Source: an uncultured virus (IMG/VR IMGVR_UViG_3300042914_003776) (Duplodnaviria; Heunggongvirae; Uroviricota; Caudoviricetes). Taken from it: DNA of 55,750 nucleotides. The notes beneath the pieces are model-generated. The model did no database searches. It was not told the DNA's origin and saw nothing but the letters and a program-made list of their open reading frames with translations. The DNA is taken from IMG/VR virus record IMGVR_UViG_3300042914_003776, positions 62,001-117,750 of that record; one strand, written 5' to 3'. Position 1 is the first letter of the stretch. Every line of letters begins with the position of its first letter. A program made the position numbers and the translations under genes. This document shows, in pieces, positions 44,673 to 55,400 of the stretch.

Positions 44673-47600
44673 ATGGCAAATTTCGTTTTAACTGCTCAAA
44701 TAGCTTTGCAGGCACCTAGAAACGTTAATCAGGTTGTTAGTCAGATCAGAAGGCAGCTACAAGGAATTAGTGTTAACATTAAAGTAAACGCTAATACTCA
44801 AGCTCTTAATAATACTAATGCACAATTAGCGACTACTACTAAATCGGCAAGAGCGGCTGAAAAATCTATTTCCGATCTTGGTAGAAGTCTGGGACTTGCC
44901 GCTAGACGTTTTGGGGCTATTGCCATTGCCACAGGAACCTTTTTAAGTTTAAGCCGGGCCATTAAATCGTCTCTCGGGGATGCTATAGAGTTTGAACGCC
45001 AGTTTGTTAACTTATCACAGGTTACAGGAAAATCCGTCAAAGACCTAAGAGATATTTCGCAGGAAATTACGCGACTATCTACCGGGCTGGGTGTTTCATC
45101 CGACCAACTGCTTAGAACCTCTGTTATATTAGCACAGGCGGGCCTAGAAGCTAGAAAAACTAAGGCTGCTCTTGAGGTATTGGCAAAAACAGAGCTTGCA
45201 TCTTCTTTCGATAATATAGAAAACACTACCGAAGGTGCTATTGCTATCTTGAGCCAGTTTAGAAAAGAAGCTGCTGCTGCTGGTGGAGACGTTGCTTATT
45301 TAGAGAGGGCCTTGGGCGCAATCAACGATGTTAGTAAAAGATTTGCGGTTGAGTCTGCTGACTTGGTTGCTGTTATTCGTCGCTCTGGTGGTGCGTTTGA
45401 GGCTGCTGGTGGCTCATTAAATGAATTATTGGCCCTGTTTACCTCTGTTCGTGCTACAACCCGCGAATCTGCTGAAACGATTGCTACCGGCTTGCGTACT
45501 ATCTTTACACGTATTCAAAGAGTTGATACGATTAGACAGTTGCAGGAGTTGGGCATTGCGCTTCAGGATGCAGAGGGTAAATTCGTTGGTCCATTTGAGG
45601 CTATCAAGCGTATTTCTGAGGGTCTTTCTGGACTGGACCCTAGAGACTTTAGGTTTGCCGCTATTGTGGAAGAGCTTGGTGGATTCCGTCAAATCGGTAA
45701 AGTTATTCCTCTTATCAAACAATTTGCCGTAGCTCAAGATGCGCTAAATGTTGCTCAAGGGGCTTCAGGAAGCTTGGCAAAAGACGCTGAGATAGCACAG
45801 CAGTCTTTAGCTAATCAAATATCGAAGGTAAAGCAAGAATTTCAGGCATTAATTAGAGACTTTGTTGACAGTAGTGGTTTTCAGTCTGTAGCTAGGGGCG
45901 CTCTAAAATTTGCAAGTGCATTGATTAGAATCGCTGATGCTTTAGAGCCAATACTGCCCTTAATTGCTAGTTTAGCAGCTTTACAAATCGGAAAAGGCTT
46001 AATACCCGCTCTTGGGGCCTTAACTGGGGTAACTCGTAGAAATCAGGGTGGTAAAATTCATGCTTTTGCTAGCGGCGGTTTTGTACCGGGCGTAGGTAAT
46101 CGTGATACCGTTCCTGCCATGATGACCCCGGGCGAATTTGTTATTAGAAAAAGCAGTGTTAAAAAAATTGGTGCCGAAAATTTACAAAAATTAAATAAAG
46201 GCGGAGCTGTGGATGAATTATCACCCATTAGACCGTCATTGACAAAAAGATATGACTCTGGAGATTTAAATAGATATAAAAATCCTACATATGATACATA
46301 TTCAAAACCAAAAATTAGTAGACAGAGACTAGATTTAGATTATAATAACTCTAGAGCAGAAGCTCAGAAAATTTTTGATAAAGCAGTTGCCAAAAAAAAT
46401 AAATACAAAGATCCGCAGAAAGGGTTAGCAGAAGCTAATAAATATATTAAGTCGCAAACCGGAGAGCTATCGCAAAATTTAGGGGCCGAATTAGATCAAC
46501 CCACTAATCGATCATTAAATAAAATTGCTGGAGCACTAGCAGAAAAACGAGTCAGTGAATTATATAATAATAAGCTAGTTAGAATAGCAGATAGAGATGG
46601 GGCAGATTTTTACGACAAAAATATGGATGAATATATTGAAGTTAAAAATAAAATTGCCACAACAACAAATGATGAATTAACAGCCAAAGCCTTATTGGCA
46701 CACGGGACATCACAGAATTATAAAAATAAAAAATCAGAAAACGTTAAGTCTCTTACGATAAAACTTTTAACAACTAATATAAAAGATATACCAAAGAAAA
46801 ATATAGGAGGAATGATTCAAAAATTTGCCGCTGGTGGTATCGTAGATGTTATTAAAGGTAATCAGCCCGTTGGCATATTAACTACTGATGATAATAGCAC
46901 AGCGCCCTATTCAATAAGACCTGATTATAGCCAATCATTTAAACAACAATTAGCCGTAGCAGAACCAAGCATCATAAAGCAGGGGCAAGAATTACCCTAT
47001 ATTGATGTTAATCAATTTGGCTTAAATCAATCTGCCGAATCTGGTATTGGTAAAAAGCTAAGACAAAACTTAATTTCTAATGCCGCAAATGCAGTAAACG
47101 TTACGGCCGGGCAAATGTCTGATGTCTTCAAGGGCCTCGGTATTGGTGTTAATGCTAAAAATCTAGTGCCAGAATCAGAAGCTAAAAAGGCTATTACTGG
47201 TAGCGTTGTTGGAACCATGTTTGAATCTTTAGTCCGGGGCGTTTCTAATGCTTCAGGTTCAGATCTTAAAGATTCTGGATATTTTGACTTTGTGGGCCCT
47301 ATTTCTGATCAGGCTACGCAGTTATTTGAAAAATCTGGTCAAATTAATGCTAGTCAGTATAAAGATGCTAAGGCCGGGGCTATTAAGGCTCAAAATATTG
47401 CTAGTAAAGTTATAAATCAGGCAGCAGAAGAATATGGCATGCAGGGGGTTATTAAATCCACTGTTGGAACTGCTAGATCGATGGAAGATATAGTGTCTAA
47501 ACTTCCCGCAGGTCTTCGTGCAGATTTTGCGAATCCTGCAAAGGGTGTAACAGCTTCAAAATTAAAACCTTATTACAAAGCTAAAAATGTTGATGAGCTT

Positions 47601-50600
47601 GTAAGACTATTAAGAGATAAAGGTCTTGATATTGAAACTAAGCCAAGAAAAGACGGCGGAACAGATATCTTCGCTAAAAATATTAGCGGAATGGCTACTG
47701 GAGGAGCCGCATCTGATACTCAACCAGCCATGTTAACGCCGGGCGAATTTGTTGTCAATAAGAAAAAAGCCCAAGAGATTGGTTATTCTACTTTACATAA
47801 AATGAATAAAACCGGAAAGATTCCGGGCTATGCCAAAGGGGGCGTAGTGGGATATGCTAATGGTGGGCCAGTTAATCCTAATTTACAACCGCCTAAACGA
47901 CCTCCCGGTGGCGTGCCTTCTATTCCATTAGATGAATTTGCTGCAATGTTTAACGAAATTATTAAAGCTGGGGGAGGTGTTGTAACTTCTGCCGAGGCCG
48001 TAAGAAAAACTTATCTTCAAATGTTATCTAATAATACTAATTTTACTAAAGCAGAAAAACAAAAAATAAATAATCTTTATGCTATTGCAAAAAAAAGAGA
48101 AGCAGCAGAACAAAAATTAATTGACGATTATAAGAAACAACAGGCTGCTATTCAAGACTCTACAGACGCGCAAAATAAACTAAAAGATAGGTTCTCTAAA
48201 ATAGCTAGTTCAGCTCAGCAATTTATATTTTTAGGTTCCGCTGTGGCATCTGTAGCTGCTCAATTTAGCAGTCTTGATAGAGCTACCGCAGACGCCTTGA
48301 CGGAAACGCTGACTTTTGGTTCTACTATTCTTGGTATTGGTGGGACAATAGCAGATTTAATTTTAAGTACTGGGGCCGCTGATATAGCCCTAAAGTACTT
48401 TACTACTTCTGTTACAGCAGCCGCTAATGCTGCTTCTGGTCAGGCGGCTACTGCTGCTAGCGGCGGCGGTTTAATGGCTGGATTAATGAAATTTGCAATG
48501 AATCCTTTGACTTTAGCTATTGCTGCCGCTGCTGCTGCTATTTTAGGAACGATTTATTTCTTTGAAGCGAAAGCAAGAAAAACAGCGGAGCAGTTAAATA
48601 AAGCAGCCGACGAAATATTACAGTCGGCAGAACAGGGCAAGGGGGGATCTTTAGAGTCTTTTGTTGGAACAAGAGTTCAGGCAACTATGGCCGCTCAAAA
48701 AGCTCCTTCTTACGCATTTACAGGAGAGGCCGAAAAACAAAAAGAAATAGACGCAACTAGACAAGCTGCCGCATCTCTATATAACATGACTGTAGCATCT
48801 AGATTATTAGAAGAAAAACTATTGTCTATAGAAAAAAATGTCGGTTTTACATCTTTGGAACAAGCTTCATTATCAATTAATGAAATTGCTAAGGCTTCTT
48901 CCCAAGCAAGTAAAGAGTTTGCCAAATCTTCTCAGGGCTTAATAGGCGTTTCCGGAGGAAAAAGAATAGAAGATCTTTCTGGAATCGCTAAAACAAGCGC
49001 TGAAGATTTTGATAAAGCTATGAAAATTGCCCAAGAGCAAATGTCTTCGACTTTAGGTAAAGGTAATCAAGAATTACAAAAAGCTATAGAAGCAAGTATT
49101 CAAAACTACGATTTTTCTACTGGCCAAAATCCTGTAAAAGATATACTTTCTGGATCATTAGGAAATAATCTTGAAACTTTAAATAAAATTATCGCTGAAC
49201 AAGCTCAGGTTCAGGCACAAGAGGTAGCAGAAAGGGCTAAAGCTACTAAAAACTTTAGCCAAGCTGAGGCTGAAATTGAGCAAATTAGAAAAAATGCGGC
49301 ACGATCTCAGGCCGACAATGTAATAGCCGCAGAATCTCAAATAGAGGCCGCTCGCAAACAAAGAGAATCATCAGCATTGATTACTAAGGCTTTAACCGAG
49401 CAGAAAAATGAAATAATGCAAGCCAATAGTGCTATTAAATTTTTTAGTGCTACGCTTGAAAATATATCACAATATAATAAATCTTTAGAATCAAATATGT
49501 CTCGCCTGAATACGGGTATTACCACCACATCTGTTTCAAACGTTCAGGGTATTGGTAATCTTAACGAAATAATCGATCCAAAAGTATTCAACGATCAGCT
49601 CTCTAAGGCGGTTAAACCTTTTGGGGCTTTTGGAGATGAGGTTAATAAAAACTTAACTTCTACGGCTGAATTATTAGATAAAGCTAGGAAAAAACTTTTG
49701 AATGTTAGCTTTGGAGAGGCGGATATTCAGGCAGCTATTAATGATTTATTTCAAGGAGTAAATATATCTCCTGCTTTAAAATCTGCTATTTCTGGATTGA
49801 TTCAAGATGCCACAAAAGCATCTAGCGAAGGGCTTTCTACTATTACCGCCACAGAGTTTGAAAATATATTTTCTCCTTTAATTGCTCAGTCTGAGCCTTT
49901 TAGAAAGGCTGTTGAAGGATTAATTAATACTCAAAATGAATTGATTAATGCAAATATTGCATATTTGAACGAAATAAATAAAGCTAGACAAGAAGAAATA
50001 GATGGAAAACGTAAACTTGTAGATATTGAAACAAGGCTACAAGAAAGATTGGCTACTGTTTCACAAAAAAGTCTAAGTTCTCAGCAAAAAGAAGCAGCGA
50101 GAAATGCCAGAAGGGGTTTTGGTGCAGAAAATAGGGCTGGACTATTGGCTAATTTCAAACAAGTGTCAGATGATATGAGAACGGCTGGGGAAAATATTAA
50201 AAATTCTACCGATAAGGGAGTTGTTGAAACCACAAAACTTCAAAATGCTCAAGCTAAATTGTCTGTAGAATTTAATAATTTAAAAGGCATAGTAGAAGAA
50301 TTAGCCGACCAAAGCGAAAGAGCCGCAGATGTAATGTCTGAAATAGATAAAGAGCGAGCTAAAAGAGATACGCTAACTAAAATTGTTGAAGACTTTGTTG
50401 TTGGGGGAAATCAAGAGCGTACTAGTATAGCTCAGTCTTTTCAGGGTGTTCAATTTGCTGCCGCTACCGGAAGCCTCCAAGGGCTTGATGAAGAACAACG
50501 AAAAACTACTTTTGGATTATTGAGTCAGTTAGCAGATGTAGACGATAGATTTAAGGCATTAAAACAAAATTTAATTTTTTCTGATGCTGTTAGAATGGGA

Positions 50601-52487
50601 TTAGATCCAAAGGTAGCTAAAGCACTGGCTACACAAACACCAAAAGAAGAACAATTAATTAATGAACTAAGAGCAATATCTAACGAAGAACAGGCGTTCC
50701 AAAATGCTTTAAACGAAAATAGAAGAAAAGAAACAGATGTTTTATCACAAGGGCTTGGTAAACTATCTGGAGAAATATCTAGTTTTCCAGAAAAATTAAA
50801 AAAGGCTTTATCCGATGCCGCGCAAGAAGCTAGAGATGAAGAGGCTAAAATAGCTGAGTCTAGAATTAGTGCAGAAGAAACGGCAAAAAAAGCAGCAGCG
50901 GAAGCACAGAAAAAATCTGAGAAGGAAGCCAGAGACCGAGAAAAAGCTATAGATAGAAGATATGAAGAACTGGGTGTGCAACTTGGTGCTTTAGCCGAAG
51001 CTCTTCGGGCCAAGGCTCTTGAGGAAAAAACAAAACAAGAATCTCAGCCCCCTAAGACAGAAGCTCCTAAAGTAGGGTCTATGTTTGGCGATACTAAGGC
51101 TCAAATGCAAAAAAGATGGGAGGAAAAAGAAGCTCAAAAAGCGACTGGAATTGTAGAGCAAAAACCTCAGCCAGCTTCTACTGGGTCTGTATTTAGTGCC
51201 CAAGATGCAAACCAAAAATATTGGGAAGACAGAAGAAAAGCAAAAGAAGCTCAGGGTAAATCTATGGGTGGTATAGTTTATCGCGCCTCTGGCGGACCAG
51301 CATTTAAGCCTAAAGGCACTGATACAGTCCCAGCAATGTTAACGCCCGGCGAATTTGTTATGCAAAAATCTGCTGTAGATAAATATGGTATTGGTGTAAT
51401 GAACGCTATAAATAATAGTGCTACTTATGCTAGTAAAGGAGCTTTTATCAAATATTTAGCTAAAGGCGGCAAAATAGAGCCGGATTTGGTTCCGAGCGAT
51501 GAGGTTGATGGATCTATTGCTTTTGCTAAGGCCGGAATAAATATGTCGGGCGAAAATATTCAGCGTCACATGAATACTTTAACTGGGCAAAAATCTGATG
51601 CAGCTAGAGACGCTTATCAAAAACTTGTTGAAAAGAATCTTGAACAATCTAGAGCCGCAAGAGCAGAGTCTATGGCTAGACTTTCGCCCGCTGTAGCACC
51701 CGAATTAACAAATTTTAGTCCTTTGCCGAGCGATAATCCAGAACAAATGACAAATCTATTTGATACATCCGCTATCCAAGCCCCAAGTGCATCTAAGTTA
51801 ATAGCAGAATCAATCGAGCAACCGGTTAGCACTAAAGGCTATAGCAAATTTAGAGATCCAGAGTATCAAAAGGGGCAAAGAGCTAAATATGTCAAGCAGC
51901 GACAGGAGCGAGAGGCTAGATCTAGAAAAATTCGTTCCGGAGAAATAGACCCGCGAGCAGAACGCAATGCAGCTATTCAGGAAAAACTAAAAACAAGACA
52001 AGGAAATATAGCTACAGCTAGATATCAAAGACAACAAAGATCATTACCGTCTTATGAAAGAGATGCCGACTGGCAAAATAAACGAATTAATCCGACACAA
52101 TCGCAAGGAGCTATGCAAGGAGCTATGCAAGGAGCGGGCATGGCCCAAAATCCTATGATGGCACAGCAAGCCATGATGCAGCCCGGTCAGCCGATGATGA
52201 ATCCTATGATGGCACAGCAGGCTATGGCTCAGGGGGGTGGCGGAATGGGCGCTCAAGGATTTAATATGGAGCCATTAATGCAGCTAAAACAAACATTTGA
52301 TACTCTTACCGGTGTATTAAATAATATGCAGATGACGCATCAGGTTAATGTAGACGGAGCCCTAAATATAAATGGTGTTAACGCTCCTCAAGTTGCGGAA
52401 GCCATTAAAACTTATTTAGGAGAGTTTATCATTTCTGAAGTTAAGAAGATAATTGATGGTCAAGGAAAACAATTTAAGCAAGGATAA
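44673..52487 (+). CDS. Tail tape measure protein (TP901-type N-terminus) with inserted domains
   Basis: FERQFVNLSQVTG..LAQAG..TRESAETIATGLRTIFTRI; three DT.PAM.TPGEFV motifs; 2604 aa. Confidence 0.92.
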   Translation: MANFVLTAQIALQAPRNVNQVVSQIRRQLQGISVNIKVNANTQALNNTNAQLATTTKSARAAEKSISDLGRSLGLAARRFGAIAIATGTFLSLSRAIKSSLGDAIEFERQFVNLSQVTGKSVKDLRDISQEITRLSTGLGVSSDQLLRTSVILAQAGLEARKTKAALEVLAKTELASSFDNIENTTEGAIAILSQFRKEAAAAGGDVAYLERALGAINDVSKRFAVESADLVAVIRRSGGAFEAAGGSLNELLALFTSVRATTRESAETIATGLRTIFTRIQRVDTIRQLQELGIALQDAEGKFVGPFEAIKRISEGLSGLDPRDFRFAAIVEELGGFRQIGKVIPLIKQFAVAQDALNVAQGASGSLAKDAEIAQQSLANQISKVKQEFQALIRDFVDSSGFQSVARGALKFASALIRIADALEPILPLIASLAALQIGKGLIPALGALTGVTRRNQGGKIHAFASGGFVPGVGNRDTVPAMMTPGEFVIRKSSVKKIGAENLQKLNKGGAVDELSPIRPSLTKRYDSGDLNRYKNPTYDTYSKPKISRQRLDLDYNNSRAEAQKIFDKAVAKKNKYKDPQKGLAEANKYIKSQTGELSQNLGAELDQPTNRSLNKIAGALAEKRVSELYNNKLVRIADRDGADFYDKNMDEYIEVKNKIATTTNDELTAKALLAHGTSQNYKNKKSENVKSLTIKLLTTNIKDIPKKNIGGMIQKFAAGGIVDVIKGNQPVGILTTDDNSTAPYSIRPDYSQSFKQQLAVAEPSIIKQGQELPYIDVNQFGLNQSAESGIGKKLRQNLISNAANAVNVTAGQMSDVFKGLGIGVNAKNLVPESEAKKAITGSVVGTMFESLVRGVSNASGSDLKDSGYFDFVGPISDQATQLFEKSGQINASQYKDAKAGAIKAQNIASKVINQAAEEYGMQGVIKSTVGTARSMEDIVSKLPAGLRADFANPAKGVTASKLKPYYKAKNVDELVRLLRDKGLDIETKPRKDGGTDIFAKNISGMATGGAASDTQPAMLTPGEFVVNKKKAQEIGYSTLHKMNKTGKIPGYAKGGVVGYANGGPVNPNLQPPKRPPGGVPSIPLDEFAAMFNEIIKAGGGVVTSAEAVRKTYLQMLSNNTNFTKAEKQKINNLYAIAKKREAAEQKLIDDYKKQQAAIQDSTDAQNKLKDRFSKIASSAQQFIFLGSAVASVAAQFSSLDRATADALTETLTFGSTILGIGGTIADLILSTGAADIALKYFTTSVTAAANAASGQAATAASGGGLMAGLMKFAMNPLTLAIAAAAAAILGTIYFFEAKARKTAEQLNKAADEILQSAEQGKGGSLESFVGTRVQATMAAQKAPSYAFTGEAEKQKEIDATRQAAASLYNMTVASRLLEEKLLSIEKNVGFTSLEQASLSINEIAKASSQASKEFAKSSQGLIGVSGGKRIEDLSGIAKTSAEDFDKAMKIAQEQMSSTLGKGNQELQKAIEASIQNYDFSTGQNPVKDILSGSLGNNLETLNKIIAEQAQVQAQEVAERAKATKNFSQAEAEIEQIRKNAARSQADNVIAAESQIEAARKQRESSALITKALTEQKNEIMQANSAIKFFSATLENISQYNKSLESNMSRLNTGITTTSVSNVQGIGNLNEIIDPKVFNDQLSKAVKPFGAFGDEVNKNLTSTAELLDKARKKLLNVSFGEADIQAAINDLFQGVNISPALKSAISGLIQDATKASSEGLSTITATEFENIFSPLIAQSEPFRKAVEGLINTQNELINANIAYLNEINKARQEEIDGKRKLVDIETRLQERLATVSQKSLSSQQKEAARNARRGFGAENRAGLLANFKQVSDDMRTAGENIKNSTDKGVVETTKLQNAQAKLSVEFNNLKGIVEELADQSERAADVMSEIDKERAKRDTLTKIVEDFVVGGNQERTSIAQSFQGVQFAAATGSLQGLDEEQRKTTFGLLSQLADVDDRFKALKQNLIFSDAVRMGLDPKVAKALATQTPKEEQLINELRAISNEEQAFQNALNENRRKETDVLSQGLGKLSGEISSFPEKLKKALSDAAQEARDEEAKIAESRISAEETAKKAAAEAQKKSEKEARDREKAIDRRYEELGVQLGALAEALRAKALEEKTKQESQPPKTEAPKVGSMFGDTKAQMQKRWEEKEAQKATGIVEQKPQPASTGSVFSAQDANQKYWEDRRKAKEAQGKSMGGIVYRASGGPAFKPKGTDTVPAMLTPGEFVMQKSAVDKYGIGVMNAINNSATYASKGAFIKYLAKGGKIEPDLVPSDEVDGSIAFAKAGINMSGENIQRHMNTLTGQKSDAARDAYQKLVEKNLEQSRAARAESMARLSPAVAPELTNFSPLPSDNPEQMTNLFDTSAIQAPSASKLIAESIEQPVSTKGYSKFRDPEYQKGQRAKYVKQRQEREARSRKIRSGEIDPRAERNAAIQEKLKTRQGNIATARYQRQQRSLPSYERDADWQNKRINPTQSQGAMQGAMQGAGMAQNPMMAQQAMMQPGQPMMNPMMAQQAMAQGGGGMGAQGFNMEPLMQLKQTFDTLTGVLNNMQMTHQVNVDGALNINGVNAPQVAEAIKTYLGEFIISEVKKIIDGQGKQFKQG
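52104..52230 (+). repeat. Coding tandem repeats (QGAM, NPMMAQQAM)
   Basis: CAAGGAGCTATG x2 plus a partial third; AATCCTATGATGGCACAGCA x2. Confidence 0.8.
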
Positions 52488-52490
52488 TAG

Positions 52491-55400
52491 ATGACTAATA
52501 CAAAAGAATCATTAGGACTGCACACGATATCAGACGGGCCCGTTGGAGGAATATATTCTAGGACGGGCCAATCAAACCTCGTTCTTCAGGCTTCTTCGGT
52601 TGGAACGCCTCATTTTACCAACTGGGATGCTGGGCTAACCTCGTTAGAAAATACCACTAAAGAACGATTTGAAGCTAGAACAGCCACTCGGTTTTTGGAC
52701 GATTATTTGTCCGAAAAAGGCAATTATAAAATAAGATTTGGGGCAAAAGATATTAAGATTGCAGACAATCTGGCGGCTGTATCTTATCCAGAGTACACCG
52801 ATATTAACAAGTCGATTGTCAAAATATTTGATACTAATCTTTTAACATATCACACTGGAATTAAAGTAAACTCATACGATTACACATGTATTGATTGGTC
52901 TTTAGTTTATAATGATAGCGTATTAATGCCCCAAATTAATTTGGATACTTTGCTTAATCCATATGCCGGGTTTCCTAGTAGCACAAATAATCGCTTTGAT
53001 GCCGACCTAGATGGCCTATATATTATTATAGAATATACTGGCTATTATACCCTAGCAGACGCCGACCCATGTGTTTTAGCGGCCCCTTATTATAATTCTG
53101 TTTTAGATGGCAAAAGACAAATACTAAAATATAATTCGAATGAAAACTCTTTGCTCGCTGGGGAATATACTATTGTAGACTTTAGTGCAGGTAGCCCAAC
53201 TTCTAAAAAGATGGTATTGGCTAGGATTGGTCACACATTAGATATTGGCCCAACAGAATTCTTTTCTGCAAATCTAGCAACTTTGGATGTCGGCGGATTT
53301 GGATTTATTGGATGTAATATTTATTTACTTCGTTATAAACCCGTTATAGAATGTGGAAAAGTAGATCTTTATACTAAAAAAAGAGGACAGATCACTTCTT
53401 ATGATTCTAATGGGAAGTTGGTTTGTCTAAAGCACAATTTACAAAATGGCGATATCATAAAAATATCTGGGGCAAAAAATTCTAAAATTAATGGAATAAG
53501 ATATGTTCAGGTTGTTAATGATTCGACATTTATTATTTATTCTACTGCGGACCTAACTGTAAGAGTTGATTCTTATTACGAAGGACTACCGGAATGGACT
53601 GCGTGTGGCAATATTTATGATTCAGAATCTCAGGCTTGGGACTATTTAGGCACATTAACATCCCCAGATGGTAGGAATGGATATTGTTTTGAGCATCAAG
53701 AATCAATATCAAATGTTGGTTTTCATAGTTTTTATAAAACAAATACGCTGGGCGATAATTTTAATAATGTTTCTACTTTGGACCAATTACTAGAATTAGA
53801 TTTTAGTATGACTAGCGGCATACTTACTAACTTTTACAATTTTCCTATTTTTTCATATGGTTCGCCAACACGGGCACCGTCTGTAGACGCTTTCTTAAAT
53901 TCTATAAATTTTGATCAGGGATTATTAAAAAGTACGAATGTAGCTAATGAATATGCTCCATCTCCGCTAGATAGCGTTTGGGCCGGGCCATATAATTACC
54001 TTAATTCTTTTAAATTTGGTCACTCTATAGACTTAGTTAAATATCAAAATAAATATGTATTAGCCGTAGGAGAAAGGGGCTTATCTTCTATACCAAATCT
54101 AAACTTTTCTTTTCAGCTTCCGGTAAGCCCTATATATGGTAAAGTATTTTTATTTAATATTTATATGGATTCTAATGGACAGATAGAAAATTTGTCTTAT
54201 CCAGATAGACCTGTAGAATTTGACTCTAAGTATTATGCTTATACTAATGATTCTAGTATTGCCAAGCCGCCATATTTAACGCCCGGTAATAATGTTTCTG
54301 GATTCTATAGGTCTCTTTCTCACTTTACACCAATAGATTTTGCCGATAAACAATATAATTATTACTACGGAACACTGACGCACACAAATGGCTCTGTTAC
54401 AGGGGCCACTGACTCAGAATACTTCTTTGATTATTGTAATGATGAAATGCTTGGGGATTCTAATCTTTATAGAAGAATAGAATATCTGAATGGTATGGAC
54501 TACTGGTATGGCTCTATGGTTTATTCTTTATTAGATTTAGATAAAAATGGAGCACTGCCAGAAGACCCAGTTGGGCTAGACTATAATGCTGGCGGCTGTA
54601 GGGATGCATATTTTACCAATATTAGCATACCAAAATTTTTATCAAATACTAGTTTTGTTTACAGTAATCCCCCTATATATCACCGGGGAGGATTTAACGT
54701 TTATCCATACGTAGATAACTTTGGCAAGGCGGTTGCATTAGATGTATCAGGCAATGATATTTATCTTTTATCTTCTTCTAAAACTAAACCAATTGTAGAA
54801 AGACCAAATTATAGCGATGGTCTACCATCAGAAATAGAAATAGGCGATGGCCCCGGCTCTTGCTCTAATGATAATTTAAATAAAACTCATTGTGGATATA
54901 TTCACGTTTTTAAGAACGGAATAAAGATTCAAAAAATATATGAAACAGAAGCCTATACTTTACCTAGCGGCAGACACTATGGATTCTATTACAAGGCTGA
55001 TAAATTTGCTTCATCTATGTATGCTAAAGGCGGCGAGCTTGTTTTTGGCCAAACAAAACCTATTGATTATCATGATTCCGCATCTAATCAGCTAGAAACA
55101 TCTAAAATTTTTATATACAAAAGAAGTGGCGATCTTTATTATAAAATAAATACTATACAAAACTCTAAAAATAATAACTTTTCTTTTATTAATGATTTTT
55201 CTTTTCCGGATCAGAAAGAATTCTTTTTAAGAGACGGAAACGAGTTTATGGTATTTAGCGGTGGCATATTATCAGGCACAGATATTAGCGGCTTATATTA
55301 TTATCCGCCGGATAGATTTGGTAATTATTTTAAATACAACGGAAACATTTTAGTTGCTAACGCTTTCGATATTTATAATGAGGACGGGGAGTATCATGCT

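Noticed and set aside
9066..53742. Numerous short minus-strand and alternative-frame ORFs inside structural genes
   Set aside because: Shadow ORFs of long, well-supported plus-strand genes
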